Source of the DNA: Puccinia triticina
Taxonomy: Eukaryota
Reading direction: 5' to 3'
Length of the DNA stretch: 64,000 bases
NCBI GenBank assembly: GCA_026914245.1
Contig: CP110440.1
Span: 1 to 64,000, forward strand
Shown here: positions 23,886 through 36,370 of the stretch, piece after piece
Layout of the letters: the number at the start of each line of letters is the position of its first letter
Position numbering within the stretch: position 1 is the stretch's first letter
Translations under genes and position numbers: made by a program
Notes under the pieces: generated by a model
Database searches by the model: none
What the model was told of the DNA's origin: nothing
What the model saw: the letters and a program-made list of their open reading frames with translations, nothing else

Positions 23886-26800
23886 GCGGCAAAGTACAAG
23901 CCGGTATCGAAGAAAATCAAACTGGTCAATCAGCCTATGCCGCAAGGATTAAATCCCCCTCTCCAACGGCCTCCGCTTTCGCGTGATCCGTACTGCGGTC
24001 TGCCTTGATCTCTAGCGGGACCATTTGTGCCGAAGGGAAGGGTCACAGAAGAACGGTTAGGCGTAGTCAATTTCGGACCGGCTGGTTGGCTTTACCCGGC
24101 GGAATTAGCTCTGATCAAGAACGTGCTGGCCGAACGTAATCTGGCAATAGCTTTCACCGAAGACGAGTGGGGATTATTGAAAGAATCTTACGGAATGCCG
24201 TATATCATCCCTGTCGTGGAGCACGAACCGTGGCAGAAGCGGAAGATCCCTATTCCCGCTGCTAAGATGGACGAATACTCAAGGCTGATCCGCGAGAGGG
24301 TTTGTAATGGGTTGTACGAGCAGTCTACGTCAAGCTACTCGAGCCCTGTTTTCTGCGTTCTCAAGGGAAATGGCAAATTGCGGATTGTTCATGATCTTCA
24401 ATCGCTCAACAAGGTCACCATTTGAGACGCTGGACTCTTGCCTGCCACGGAGGAGTTTGTGGAGTCATTTTCAGGACGGGCTTGTTACGGATTGGGGGAT
24501 ATCATGGGCGGCTACGACGAGCGCGCTCTCCATCCGATTTCTCAGCCACTCACTACCTTCGACACACCGCTGGGGCGGTTTCAGCTTACTCGATTGCCCC
24601 AGGGAGCCACCAATTCCGTGGCAGTGTACCAAGCGCAAATGGTTTGGATCCTTCAAGACAAAATCCCGGATCACGCGGGTATTTTTATAGACAATGGAGG
24701 GATCAAGGGCCCAAAGTCTGATTACAACAACGAGTTGCTGTCGTGGCATTCTGGTATCCAAAGGTTCATTTGGGAGTATGCAGAGACCTTGGAGCGCATA
24801 CTCTTCCAAATAGAGGAGTCAGGATTAACGGTTTCTGCTTCCAAGCTCGCGGCTTGTGTGCCGGCTCTCAAGATCGTCGGGCACGTAGTGTGCAAGAAAG
24901 GCCGAAGGATGGCGCCAGCTAAGTTTAATAAGATTGTCTCGTGGCCGACTCCAACTAGCGCAACAGAAGTGCGCGGCTTTTTGGGCGTTGTAGTATATGT
25001 CCGGATTTTCATTCCTTCCTTATCTCAAATCTGTCTACCCCTTCTTCGACTGACGCGGAAGGACGTGGACTGGCTTTGGACTGAAGAATGCAAGAGGGAA
25101 TCTCAAGACCTCAAGCAGATCTTGGGCAAAGACATAGTGCTGGTTAAAATTGATTACAGTCCCGATGCTGGTAAAATCAAGCTCGCGGTAGATTTGAGCG
25201 CTCACGCGGCTGGCGCGGTTCTCACTCAGGCAGATTCAAATGGACTCGACCGCCCAGCCCTCTACGAATCTCTTTTGTTCTCAGACGTCAAATCCCGGTA
25301 CTCCCAAGCCAAACTGGAATTATGTGGCGTGGCGAGGGTTCTGAAGAAGCTCCAGATGGTCCTGTGGGGGCAGCATTTCGAGTTGCAGGTGGACGCGCAG
25401 TCGTTGATCCAGATGATTAACGCACCGAGCTTACCAAACGCGCCCATGAAGCGATGGGTTTCATTCATTCACTTATTTTTGTTCGACATCGTGCACCGCC
25501 CTGGAAAGTCTTTCACTATGCCCAATGGACTGTCGCGGCGTCCCCAAGGCAACAACGAATCCGACTCCCCGTCCGATTTTGATGAAGAAGCTCCTCATAT
25601 CCGACCGGCCTGTGTTTTCTCAGCGCAGCAAAAAGAATACTCAGGTTACCAGGAAGGTTACTGGCGCGCAATGGAAAAGTTTCTGGCGACATTGGAGAAG
25701 CCGGAAGACATGTCTTTGAAGGACTTCCGGGCTCTGAAGCGTAAATCCTCTGAATTCTTTCTGCAAACGGGTAGGCTCATGAAGCGTGGAACTCCACTAC
25801 CGCGCGTTGTTGTCACCGTTCCAGCCAAGCAGGACTCAATCCTTCATCAGTTACACGAAGGCCTAGGTCATAGGGGTGTGGCGGAAACTTACCAACGCGT
25901 TTCTGAACGATTTTGGTGGCCCTCATTGAAGCAGTCTGTTATCCGGTGGTGTCAAAGCTGCGACGCCTGCCAACGACGCGATCTGAGACGTCCTCAGGAA
26001 ATTCATTATCCGACTGGGGAAGCTACTGTCTTCGGCCGCGTTGCAATGGATGCAGTCCACCTCAAAGCTAGCGGTGCCAAGTACTTAATCGTTGCGCGAG
26101 ACGATTTCTCGGGTTGGGTATAAGCAAAAATTCTAAACAGCCTCACATCAGAAGCAGTGGCGGCGTTCCTGCAAGAAAATTGGACCATGTGATACGGCCT
26201 CGCCCAAGCCTATTCAACAGACGGCGGATCTGAGTTTGGAGGCGCGTTAGCGGAGATGTTACAAGCCCTTCCCGGCCAGCACCGTGTATCTACTCCGTAC
26301 TATCCTGAAGGACAGGGTATGGTCGAGCAAGGGCACGGTCCTCTGAAGGAGGCTCTGGTTAAATTGGCTGGCGAGAGTGGCAAGAATTGCTGTAAATTCC
26401 TACCCTTGGTCCTTTTTGCAGATCGGATCTCGACGAAGCGCACTACAGGCTACTCCCCTTACAAATTGGTATTTGGGCAATGCGCGGCGCTGCCTCTGGA
26501 CTTAGAGATTGAATCCTACCTGGGTGTCGACTGGGACTCTGTGAAGACGACTGAAGATCTTATAGCAGCGCGCTTCATTCAACTAGAGCGCAGTGAGGAG
26601 ACGCGCGGGATCACGTATCGGAAAATGATGGAGTCCCGTGGGGACTCGGTGCGCTACTGGGACGAGAAACGCGCTGACCGAATTCGAGACGCTCTGTGCC
26701 CTGGCAATATGGTCTTAGCATACAATCGATCTCTTGAAACCCAGTGGGGTCAACTGTTTGCTCATAAATGGAATGGGCCCTACCGCGCCGTCAAGCAAGT

Positions 26801-26915
26801 GGAAGGGGGATCCTACGTGTTGGCTGAGCTGGACGGGACGGAACTCAAGAGGCGTTTCTCGGCGGATCAGGTGAAGAGATATCATTCGCGCGGGGGCATT
26901 GGAGTACAGAAGTAA
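23886..26915 (+). pseudogene. pol (RT-RNase H-integrase) of Gypsy B
   Basis: AAKYKPV..., SSPVFCV, FIDNGG (YxDD damaged), HHCC, MDAVH, YYPEGQGMVE, KWNGPY. In-frame stops at 24423, 26121 and 26190. Confidence 0.93.
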
Positions 26916-28673
26916 GTCCTCCCATGTGTATGCACCTCAGGGTACTTGCTGCCGTCGTTTTGAAGCATTACATTCGCCACACATGTGAGCCATGCGGGAT
27001 TTTTTTCTTTCTTCATCCATTCTTCAACAGGACGACGCGAAGGAAGGAGCAGACTAGGGACAGTCTGCAAATGGTGGGCGGATGTGGTGAACAAGACGGT
27101 GGAGGCCCTCGAGGAGGCTAAACTCAAGACATCAAGCCCTCCCAGGATCTGGCCCTTCCAGCTCGAGGCTCTGGCTTTCTGCGTTTCAGGATCAAGACGG
27201 CGGATACTGGTCGTGGCTTTTATTTCTGCTGGGTTGCTCTCATGTTATCTACTTGTTTCCCTTCCCTACTTGATTCTTTCTGTCTTCTTTTCTTATCTTC
27301 TTTCTTTCTTATGTTTTGTTGCTATGTTTACTTTCTTTTTTTTCTTTTCATTCATGCGCGCGTTGGAGAGGAGTGTAGGTGGTGGGTTGGTTTATTTAGT
27401 AGCCTTGTTTTGTTTGTTTTGTTCTTTTGTCTCATTTCTTCTTTCATATCATCACAAGTTGTATGCGCGCGGCGGGCACGAGGGCCTGTCGAGGATCTGG
27501 AATCCAAGTTCAGCTGAACTTGGAGGATGGATCCGCATGGTATTCTGCTTCCGACAAAAAGATATCATCACGTTTTTGAGCTTATTGATCCGGATCGTGA
27601 AGATCCTTCCTGAGACTTCCGAGTTATCTCTTTTCCCGAGCTTTCGAATCCAACAATATACTTCCTGAATCTATTAAGAGAACACTTAAAGAGCTTAACA
27701 ACCACACTCGCCAAGGGCAATCCAACTCCCTCGTTCTGTCCATCTCACACAAAATCCTCTCCCATACCACTATCCATATTCTCGATTCTTAGCGCTCACC
27801 AGATCCGGACCTTTCGAAGAGGGCAGCTGAAGAACTTTCCCCTCAACCCGCTGTTTACCGCACACAGGTAGAAGCGCCATACTGGAAACAGTCCCAACTC
27901 AAAATCTCAGATGACTTCTTCCTTGTCTAGATTGCCGGTACAAGCATGAAACCGCCGAGCAAAGCTGCTCCTTGGATTCAAGTGTGCTGTGCTTTTACCT
28001 TGAGCATTGTTCAGCACGTTTAAGACTTTCAAGGTCTGGTGTCTAGTGGAAGAATACACAATTGTTGGCAGTACTTCATCATCTGGGATGGATTCTTCAA
28101 GACCGAAAAGCTGGAGGAGATCATCTTCAGAGCTGAGGGCGTTTTTCATTGTAATGCGCCTGTTGGAATTTCACAGCTTGTTCTCTTCCTTCTCCGCTCC
28201 TCCATCTGTCACACTCTTTCCTTTCCCTGCAGATGCATATGCATTTCATCTTCTGTCCCACAACCTGGCCCCTAGTTGTAATAGGTTATATATCACCAGC
28301 ATAGATAGAATAAAGAATCATCAGTTCCTGCGCCTGTTCCCTGAGACCTGAGAGTCTCTTGTAGTGAGGGGCCTTTTTCCCCTTCACAGCTCAGCAGCTT
28401 GGCCCTTTCTTGGGCTCCCTTGTTTTGTTCTCCGCCTTGAGCTTTCTTCCTCAGGCTTGTTTTTCACTCATCCCTCCGGCTCTGAGTCCAAAATTCTTCA
28501 CAATTAACAGTCTTGCGCTGCGCTCTCAAAACCCTCTGGTCTCTTGACTTCATCCGGACTCCGTTTTTTTTCTCAAAACCAGAACCTCGTCTCCTCATCT
28601 GAATCCCTGGCCGAATGCCTCACACGCACAATCCTCAGCATCTCAAGCCCAACTCTCATTCTCCGGTTCAAAG

Positions 28674-29624
28674 ATGGCAGCAAGAAGAGTTCCGCTATAC
28701 CTTGATGAACACAACTACGAGTTGTGGTCATTTCTCATGACCTCGAAACTTGATTGGATTGGTGCTCTAGGTCTTGTTCAAGGTACCGTCAAGCCACCCT
28801 CCGCAACCGATAAGCCGGACGAGAAGAATATGTATCATGAGCTCAATCGTCTTGCGTATCACGAGATCATCAAACATCTGGACGACGCAAACTTTACCTA
28901 TGTTGCTCAGATGCTCACAGATCAGACGTCATTCAACGGATACGCTGTATGGATGGTCCTCAAGCAAACGTACAGCGGCGACGATCATGTTGCCAGGGAT
29001 CTTGCTCTCAACACCTTTCTCAATATAGAATATCAATCCCCCCCGGCCACCTTCATAGCTGAGATTTGAGCTGCCAACCATTGACTTGTCTCTGCCAAAG
29101 TCGGTCTCAACGAACAAAGCAAAACGGCGCTGATCCTTTGCAAGCTTCCATCGGCCAAATACAAATTGTTTTGGGATGGAGTCAACGTTGGGTTTCCCAA
29201 CAACACAGTACCCCTTCTCCTGGGCCGACTTGAGAAACATGTTGCTCAAAATCGACTCCATTGATCGTCAACAATCACTCAAGCCACGTTCCTCACCACA
29301 GATGAGAAGTACTACATGTGCCCCCACTGCAAGAGGGACTCCACTATCTGTTCCCACTGCGACAAGGCCGGCCATCAAGAATCCCTCTGCTACGAGAAAC
29401 ACCCCGACCAAGGACCTTCCGGCACAACCAATTCTTCATCCTCCAAGCCATCCGCTTCCAAGTCAAAACCCGCTGCTCAAGCTCATCTCGCCGCAGTCCA
29501 TTCCAACTTCTCATCAGTCAATCATCACAGTTTCACTGACAATCAGATCAAGTCGGAAATGAACTTTCAAGCAATGATCAACAACCCAGAATTCAAAAAG
29601 CTCAACATTGGTAAAGGTCTCTAG
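28674..29624 (+). pseudogene. Copia-type gag with CCHC knuckle
   Basis: LDEHNYELWSFLM (Copia gag N-terminus), CSHCDKAGHQESLCYEKHP, in-frame TGA stops near 29067-29085. No PR/IN/RT follows. Confidence 0.8.
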
Positions 29625-29715
29625 GCTTCAGTTCTGTGGTTCATCAGCTGGGGGGGGTGTTGGAATTTCACAGCTTGTTCTCTTCTAGAGATGGCACTTG
29701 GGTACCCGTTTGCGG

Positions 29716-30791
29716 TGTGATGTGCTGTGCCTGTTGCAATGCCAAAAGGAAATATGAAAAGGTATTATGATAGTACAGTTACATACAGGTGGAACCCATT
29801 ACAAGAGGAGGAGATAATCTTACACAACAGTTACAACAGTTACACACATACACCCTTTGGTAGCCATGGCGGATTGGACGGAAGAATACACGACATAGAT
29901 ACAAGGACGAGGGAGGAGGAAGGAAGGAGGATCAGAGAGAGGCTTTGACCCCCAAATCATGGAAAGGAGGAGTATTATAGTTGGGTGCAGAGTGCATGGA
30001 AGGTGGCTTGGTTACATAGCAACACATTCTGAAGGATATGGAAGGTGGCTTGGGTACATAGCAACACATGACATCAGGCAGTGCAATATATGCAGGCAGA
30101 TAAGGTGTACAAATAGTTCACTGCAGCATAATTCCCTCATTGTTTGTGTGGCTGTCCAGTACAGGTGTACACATGCTGTGCAACTGAGATCCCCTGCAGC
30201 TAAATTCCCTCAAACACATCCCCCTGGAGTTAAAATCCCTCACTCTTCAATATAAAAGAAGCTCTTCTCCCCCCCATAATTTCTCTTTTTTTCACCATCA
30301 ACCTATAGAGGTCTGGTCACATATGGTAGTTTAGCAGTAGTAGTCTTGAGTAGCGTAGAGTCAGTCAGTCAGTAGAGTGTTAGTACAGTAGTAGAATCAA
30401 CAACCAATCAACCAACCAACAACCTATTCTCCTTATTAGCATATTAGTAGTAGTAGTAGAAGTAGAAGTAGAAGTACAAATTATAACATCAACAACAGTA
30501 GAGGAACTTCACCATAACAAACCACATTATCCTTAGTTATAACCGGTCCAAAAACTCATTGAATTAGATATTTAGGTCTGATAGAGATTACTATATAAAA
30601 GTAAGAGCTATCTTGGAATCTGCCACATTTTCTTAAATATTGATTACAAGACTCTTGGTTATTTGCAAAGTACTATTAGAGGGGCAGGTCTTTCAAACCA
30701 CCCGTAGATTGTAATAGCCTTTCAACCTATCATACAATTTATTTCCCCCTCAAAGGAACTTTGATTACCCATCCATCCCTGGAGTGCTACA
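29716..30791 (+). mobile_element. Gypsy solo LTR related to the LTR of element A
   Basis: TG...CA with GCGG on both sides. 30574-30750 is a diverged reverse complement of 10010-10190. Confidence 0.88.
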
Positions 30792-31139
30792 GCGGGTACC
30801 TGGCACCCGCCAGCAGGTACCCGGAACACCCGCTCAGCACCCGCCGGCGGGTGCCAGGTGCGGGTGCGGGTGTTCAGATTTTGGGCAGGAAAAAAACGGG
30901 TACCCCCCCATCTTGGTGGGCCAGATGGATCGGAGGGATCTCTCCATTTGAAGAGGTGGGAGGTGTACATACCACCTCAAGCGGAGCGATCCCTCCGCCC
31001 AGAGGTGTGTACACCTCCTCGACCGGAGGAGTCCCTCCGGTCAAAAAGCTTGCGCACATCTTTGACCGGAGGGATCCCTTCGGTCAAGAAGGTACTACAC
31101 CCCTGGGACTCCGGGAGGAATCCCCGGGTCAGCGAGTAT

Positions 31140-31332
31140 ATTGATGACCGGGAGGATTCCTTCCCGGTCATCGATCTACTAGATGGCTGGGAGGACTCCC
31201 TCCCGGTCATCAATATAATTGATGGCTGGGAGGACTCCCTCCCGGTCATCAATATGATCAATGGCTGGGAGGACTCCCTCCCGTTCATCAATATGATCAA
31301 TGGCTGGGAGGACTCCCTCCCGGTCATTGATA
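31140..31332. repeat. 39-bp minisatellite, left part (about 5 units)
   Basis: GATATGATCAATGGCTGGGAGGACTCCCTCCCGGTCATC variants. Confidence 0.9.
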
Positions 31333-34300
31333 CACTACCAAGATGTATGAATTTGCGATGTTGTATATTGATCAATATAGCGTATATTGATCAATTCATA
31401 TTGATCAATTTTTTTTTTTTTTTATTCCTCTTGATACCTTTGTCTGTTTTCCATGTCTCCTGGATACTATTCTATAATCTCTCTCCTTCTGCCTGTGTTA
31501 GCTTCAAGCCACAGGAATTTTTTTTTTCTTTTGCCTGATAACATTCATAAATTTCTACATACACCACTCAATTCTTCCTGAAAAAAAGACGTTGCAAGTT
31601 TTAGGATTAATCCAGGGTAGCTGAGGGGTCTCAATTTTTTTTTCTTTTTTTTTTTACTTCAACAATTGATGTTATCAGAAGTCTCCAAATCAACTGTTTT
31701 TCAAAAGAGGAAAAACATTGACCCCTGACCTCTCTCATGATACCATCCTGCACACATTTTTAATTTGGCTGGTTGAACTTGCTCAAGATATTGCATATCA
31801 TACTTGGAGTGCTACATGCATAGAAGGCCTTTTTGAAATTAGTTTACCATGGTTTAGCATATTTTTGTCAGGTTCTTTTTTTTATCTACTTTTGTTATCA
31901 ACCACAGATTAATGAGGAATATTTCCACATAAAATTTCATCGGACAATTTTTCTGCATATAAAACCCAGAAATATTTTAAAATATAATTTATTTGGGGTC
32001 GCATCCATTATACAGCAGCAACAATGTGATCAGTTCCCAAATATCACTAATTTGGTAGTTTCTGGCCCTTTCTGCCACTATATCTCAACACAGCGTGGGA
32101 GTTCTTCCATGATATTGGTATCAAAATGATCAATAGCCCCCAAGGATTCATTTTGTACCTTAAATTACCACATAACCCAAATGTAGCAGCTACAATCTGA
32201 TCAGTTGCCAAATGTCACTAATTTGGTAGTTTCTTGGTGTTGCTGCCACTATATCTCAACACAGCCTGGGAGTTCTTCCATGATATTGGTATCATAATGA
32301 TCAATAGCCACCAAGTATTTATTGTGTACCTTAAATGACCACAAAACCTCCAAATGTAGCAGCTATAATCTGACCAGTTGCCAAATCTCACTAGATTGGT
32401 AGTTTCTTGGTGTTTCTGCCACTATATCTCAGCGCAGCATGGGAGTTCTTCCATGATATTGGTACCAAAATGATCACATGCCCTCAAACATTCATTGAGT
32501 ACCTTGGATGACCACAAAACCCCCAAATGTAGCAGCCACAATGTGATCAGTTGACAAATATCACTAATTTGGTAGTTTCTCGGTGTTTCTGCCACTATAT
32601 CTCAGCGCAGCATGGAAGTTATTCCATGATATTGGTACCAAAATGGTCAAACACCCTCAAACATTCACTGAGTACCTTGGATGACCACAAAACCCCCAAA
32701 TGTAGCAGCCACAATGTGATCAGTTGCAAAATATCACTAATTTGGTAGTTTCTCGGTGTTTTGGCCACTATATCTCAGCGCAGCATGGGAGTTCTTCCAT
32801 GATATTGGTACCAAAATAATCAAATGCCCCTGAAGATTCATTGTGTACCTTGAATGACCACAATACCCCCAAATGTAGCAGCCACACTGTGATCAGTTCA
32901 AAATATCACTAATTTGGTAGTTTCTTGGTGTTTCTGCCACTATATCTCATCACAGCATGGGAGTTCTTCCATGATATTGGTACCAAAATGATCAAATGCC
33001 CGTGAAGATTCATTGTGTACCTTGAATGACCACAATACCCCCAAATGTACCAGCCACACTGTGATCAGTTGCCAAATATCGCTAATTTGGTAGTTTCTTG
33101 ATGTTTCTGCCACTATATCTCAGCGCAGTGTGGGAGTTCTTCCATGATATTGACACCAAAATGATCACATGCCCCTGAAGATTCATTGTGTACCTTGAAT
33201 GACCACAAAACCCCCAAATGTAGCAGCCACAATGTGATCAGTTGCCAAATATCACTAATTTGGTAGTTTCTTGATGTTTCTGCCACTATATCTCAGCACA
33301 GCGTGGGAGTTCTTCGATGGTATTTGTACCAAAATGATCATATGCCCTCAAAGATTCATTGAGTACCTTGGATGACCACAAAACCCCCAAATGTAGCAGC
33401 CACCATGTGATCAGTTGACAAATATCACTAATTTGGTAGTTTCTTGATGTTTCTGCCACTATATCTCAGCACAGCGTGGGAGTTCTTCCATGATACTGGT
33501 ACAAAAATGATCAAATGGCCTCAAAGATTCATTGAGTACCTTGATGACCACAAAACCCCCAAATGTAGCAGCCACCATGTGATCAGTTGCCAAATATCAC
33601 TAATTTGGTAGTTTCTTGGTGTTTCTGCCACTATGTCTCAGGCCAACATGGGAGTTCTTCCATGATATTGGGACCAAAATGATCAAATGGCCCTAAAGAT
33701 TCATTTTGTACCTTGGATGACCACAAAACCCCCTAATGTAGCAGCCACAATGTGATCAGTTGGCAAATGTTCTAATTTGGTAGTTTCTTGGTGTTTCGGC
33801 CACTATATCTCAGCGCAGCATGGGAGTTCTTCCATGATATTGGTACCAAAATGGTCACATGCACTCAAACATTCATTTGGTACCTTGGATGACCACAAAA
33901 CCCCCAAATGTAGCAGCCACAATGTGATCAGTTGCCAAATATCACTAATTTGGTAGTTTCTTGGTCTTTCTGCCACTATATCTCAGCGCAGCATGGGATT
34001 TCTTCCATGATATTGGTACCAAAATGATCACATGCCCTCAAGCATTCATTTGGTACCTTGGATGACCACAAAACCCCCAAATGTACCAGCCACAATGTGA
34101 TCAGTTGCCAAATATCACAAATTTGGTAGTTTCTTGGTGTTTCTCCCACTATATCTCAGGCCAGCATGGGAGTTCTTTCATGATATTGGTACCAAAATGA
34201 TCAAATGGCCCTGAAGATTTATTGTGTACCTTGGATGACCACAAAACCCCCAAATGTAGCAGCCACACTGTGATCAGTTGCCAAATTAGTGATATTTGGC

Positions 34301-36370
34301 AACCATTCACATTGTAGCTGCTACATTTGGGGGTTTTGTGGTCATTCAAGGTACACAATTCATCTTTGAGGGCATTTAATCATTTTGGTACCAACATCAT
34401 TGAAGAATTCCCAGGCTGCGCTGAGATATAGTGGCAGAAACACCAAGAAACTACCAAATTGGTGATATTTGGCAACTGATCACATTGTGGCTGCTACATA
34501 TGGGGGTTTTGTGGTCATTCCGGGTACTCAATGAATCTTTGAGGGGATTTGATCATTTTGATACCAATATTATGGAAGAAATCCCACGCTGCGCTGAGAT
34601 ATAGTGGCAGAAACACCAGAAACTTCCAAATTAGTGATATTTTGCAAAACAGTCACATCCTAGCTGCTACATTTGGGGGTATTGTGGTCATTCAAGGTAC
34701 ACAATTGATCTTTAGGGAAATTTGATCATTTTGGTACCAATATCATGGAAGAACTCCCACGCTGTGCTGAGATATAGTGGCAGAAACACCAAGAAACTAC
34801 CAAATTAGTGATATTTGGCAACTGATCACAGTGTGGCTGCTACATTTGGGGGTTTTGTGTTCATTCAAGGTACACAATGAATCTTCAGGGGCATGTGATC
34901 ATTTTGGTTCAAATATCCTGGAATAACTCCCACGCTGCGCTGAGATATAGTGGCAGAAACACCAAGAAACTACCAAATTAGTGATATTTGGTAACTGATC
35001 GCATTGTGGCTGCTACATTTGGGGGTTTTGCGGTCATCAAAGGTACTCAATGAATGTTTGAGGGCATGTGATCATTTTGGTACCAATATCATGGAAGAAC
35101 TCCCAGGCTGCTTTGAGATATAGTGGCAGAAACACCAAGAAACTACCAAATTAGTGATATTTGGCAACTGATCACATTGTGGCTGCTACATTTGTGGTTT
35201 TTGTGTTCATTCAAGGTACACAATGAATCTTCAGGGGCATTTGATCATTTTGGTACCAATATCATGGAAGAACTCCCACGCTGCGCTGAGATATAGTGGC
35301 AGAAACACCAAGAAACTACCAAATTAGTGATATTTGGTAACTGATCACATTGTGGCTGCTACATTTGGGGGTTTTGTGATCATCAAAGGTACTCAATGAA
35401 TGTTTGAGGGCATGTGATTATTGTGGTACCAATATCATGGAAGAACTCCCAGGCTGCTTTGAGATATAGTGGCAGAAACCCCAAGAAACTACCAAATTAG
35501 TGATATTTGGCAACTGATCAGGTTGTAGGGCTACATTAGGGAGTTTCATGGTAATTTAAGGTACACAATGAATCCTTGGGGACTATTGATCATTTTTAAA
35601 CCAATATCATGGAAGAACTCCCAGGTTGTGTTGAGATATAGTGGCAGAAACACCAAGAAACTACCAAATTAGTGATATTTGGCAACTGATCAGATTGCAG
35701 CTGCTGCATAATGGATGTGACCCCAAAACATTATTTCTGGGTTTTATATTCAGAAAAATTGTCCAACAAAATTTTATGTGGAAATATTCCTCATTAATCT
35801 GTGGTTGATAACAAAAGTAGATAAAAAAAAGAACCTGACAAAAATATGCTAACCCATGGTAAACTAATTTCAAAAAGGCCTCCTATGCATGTAGCACTTC
35901 AAGTATGATATGCAATATCTTGAGCAAGTTCAACCAACCAAATTAAAAATGTGTGCAGGATGGTATCATGAGAGAGGTCGGGGGTCAATGTTTTTCCTTT
36001 TTTGAAAAAAAAAGCAATTTGCAGACTTCTGATAACAGATCAATTGTTGAAGTAAAAAAAAAGAAAAAAAAAAATTGAGACCCCTCAGCCACCCTGGATT
36101 AATCCTAAAACTTGCAATGTCTTTTTTTCAGGAAGAATTGAATGGTGTACGTAGAAATTTATGAATGTTATCAGGCAAAAAAAAAAGATTCCTGTGGCTT
36201 GAAGCTAACACAAGGGGAAGGAGAGAGATTATAGAATGGTATTAAGGAGACATGGAAAACAGACAAAGGTATCAAGAAGAATAATAAAAAAAAATTGATC
36301 AATATGAATTGATCAATATACGCTATATTGATCAATATACAACATCGCAAATTCATCCATCTTGGTAGTG
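31333..36370. mobile_element. Non-autonomous CACTA (En/Spm) element forming a 5-kb foldback palindrome
   Basis: CACTA...TAGTG termini, 3-bp TSD ATA. About 670-bp inverted arms, then inverted 173-bp arrays meeting at about 34290. Confidence 0.9.
32009..35711. repeat. 173-bp satellite: about 13 units forward then about 8 units inverted
   Basis: TGTAGCAGCC recurs at 32182, 32355, 32528, 32701, 32874 ... 34255 (172-173 spacing). Its reverse complement recurs at 34325, 34498 and onward. Confidence 0.95.

Larger units (their letters stand above)
19380..27881 (+). mobile_element. Full-length Gypsy/Ty3 LTR retrotransposon B (decayed)
   Basis: LTRs 19380-20190 and 27083-27881 are highly similar with one 12-bp indel. 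TSD CCGG/CTGG. gag-PR-RT-RH-IN order. Confidence 0.95.
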
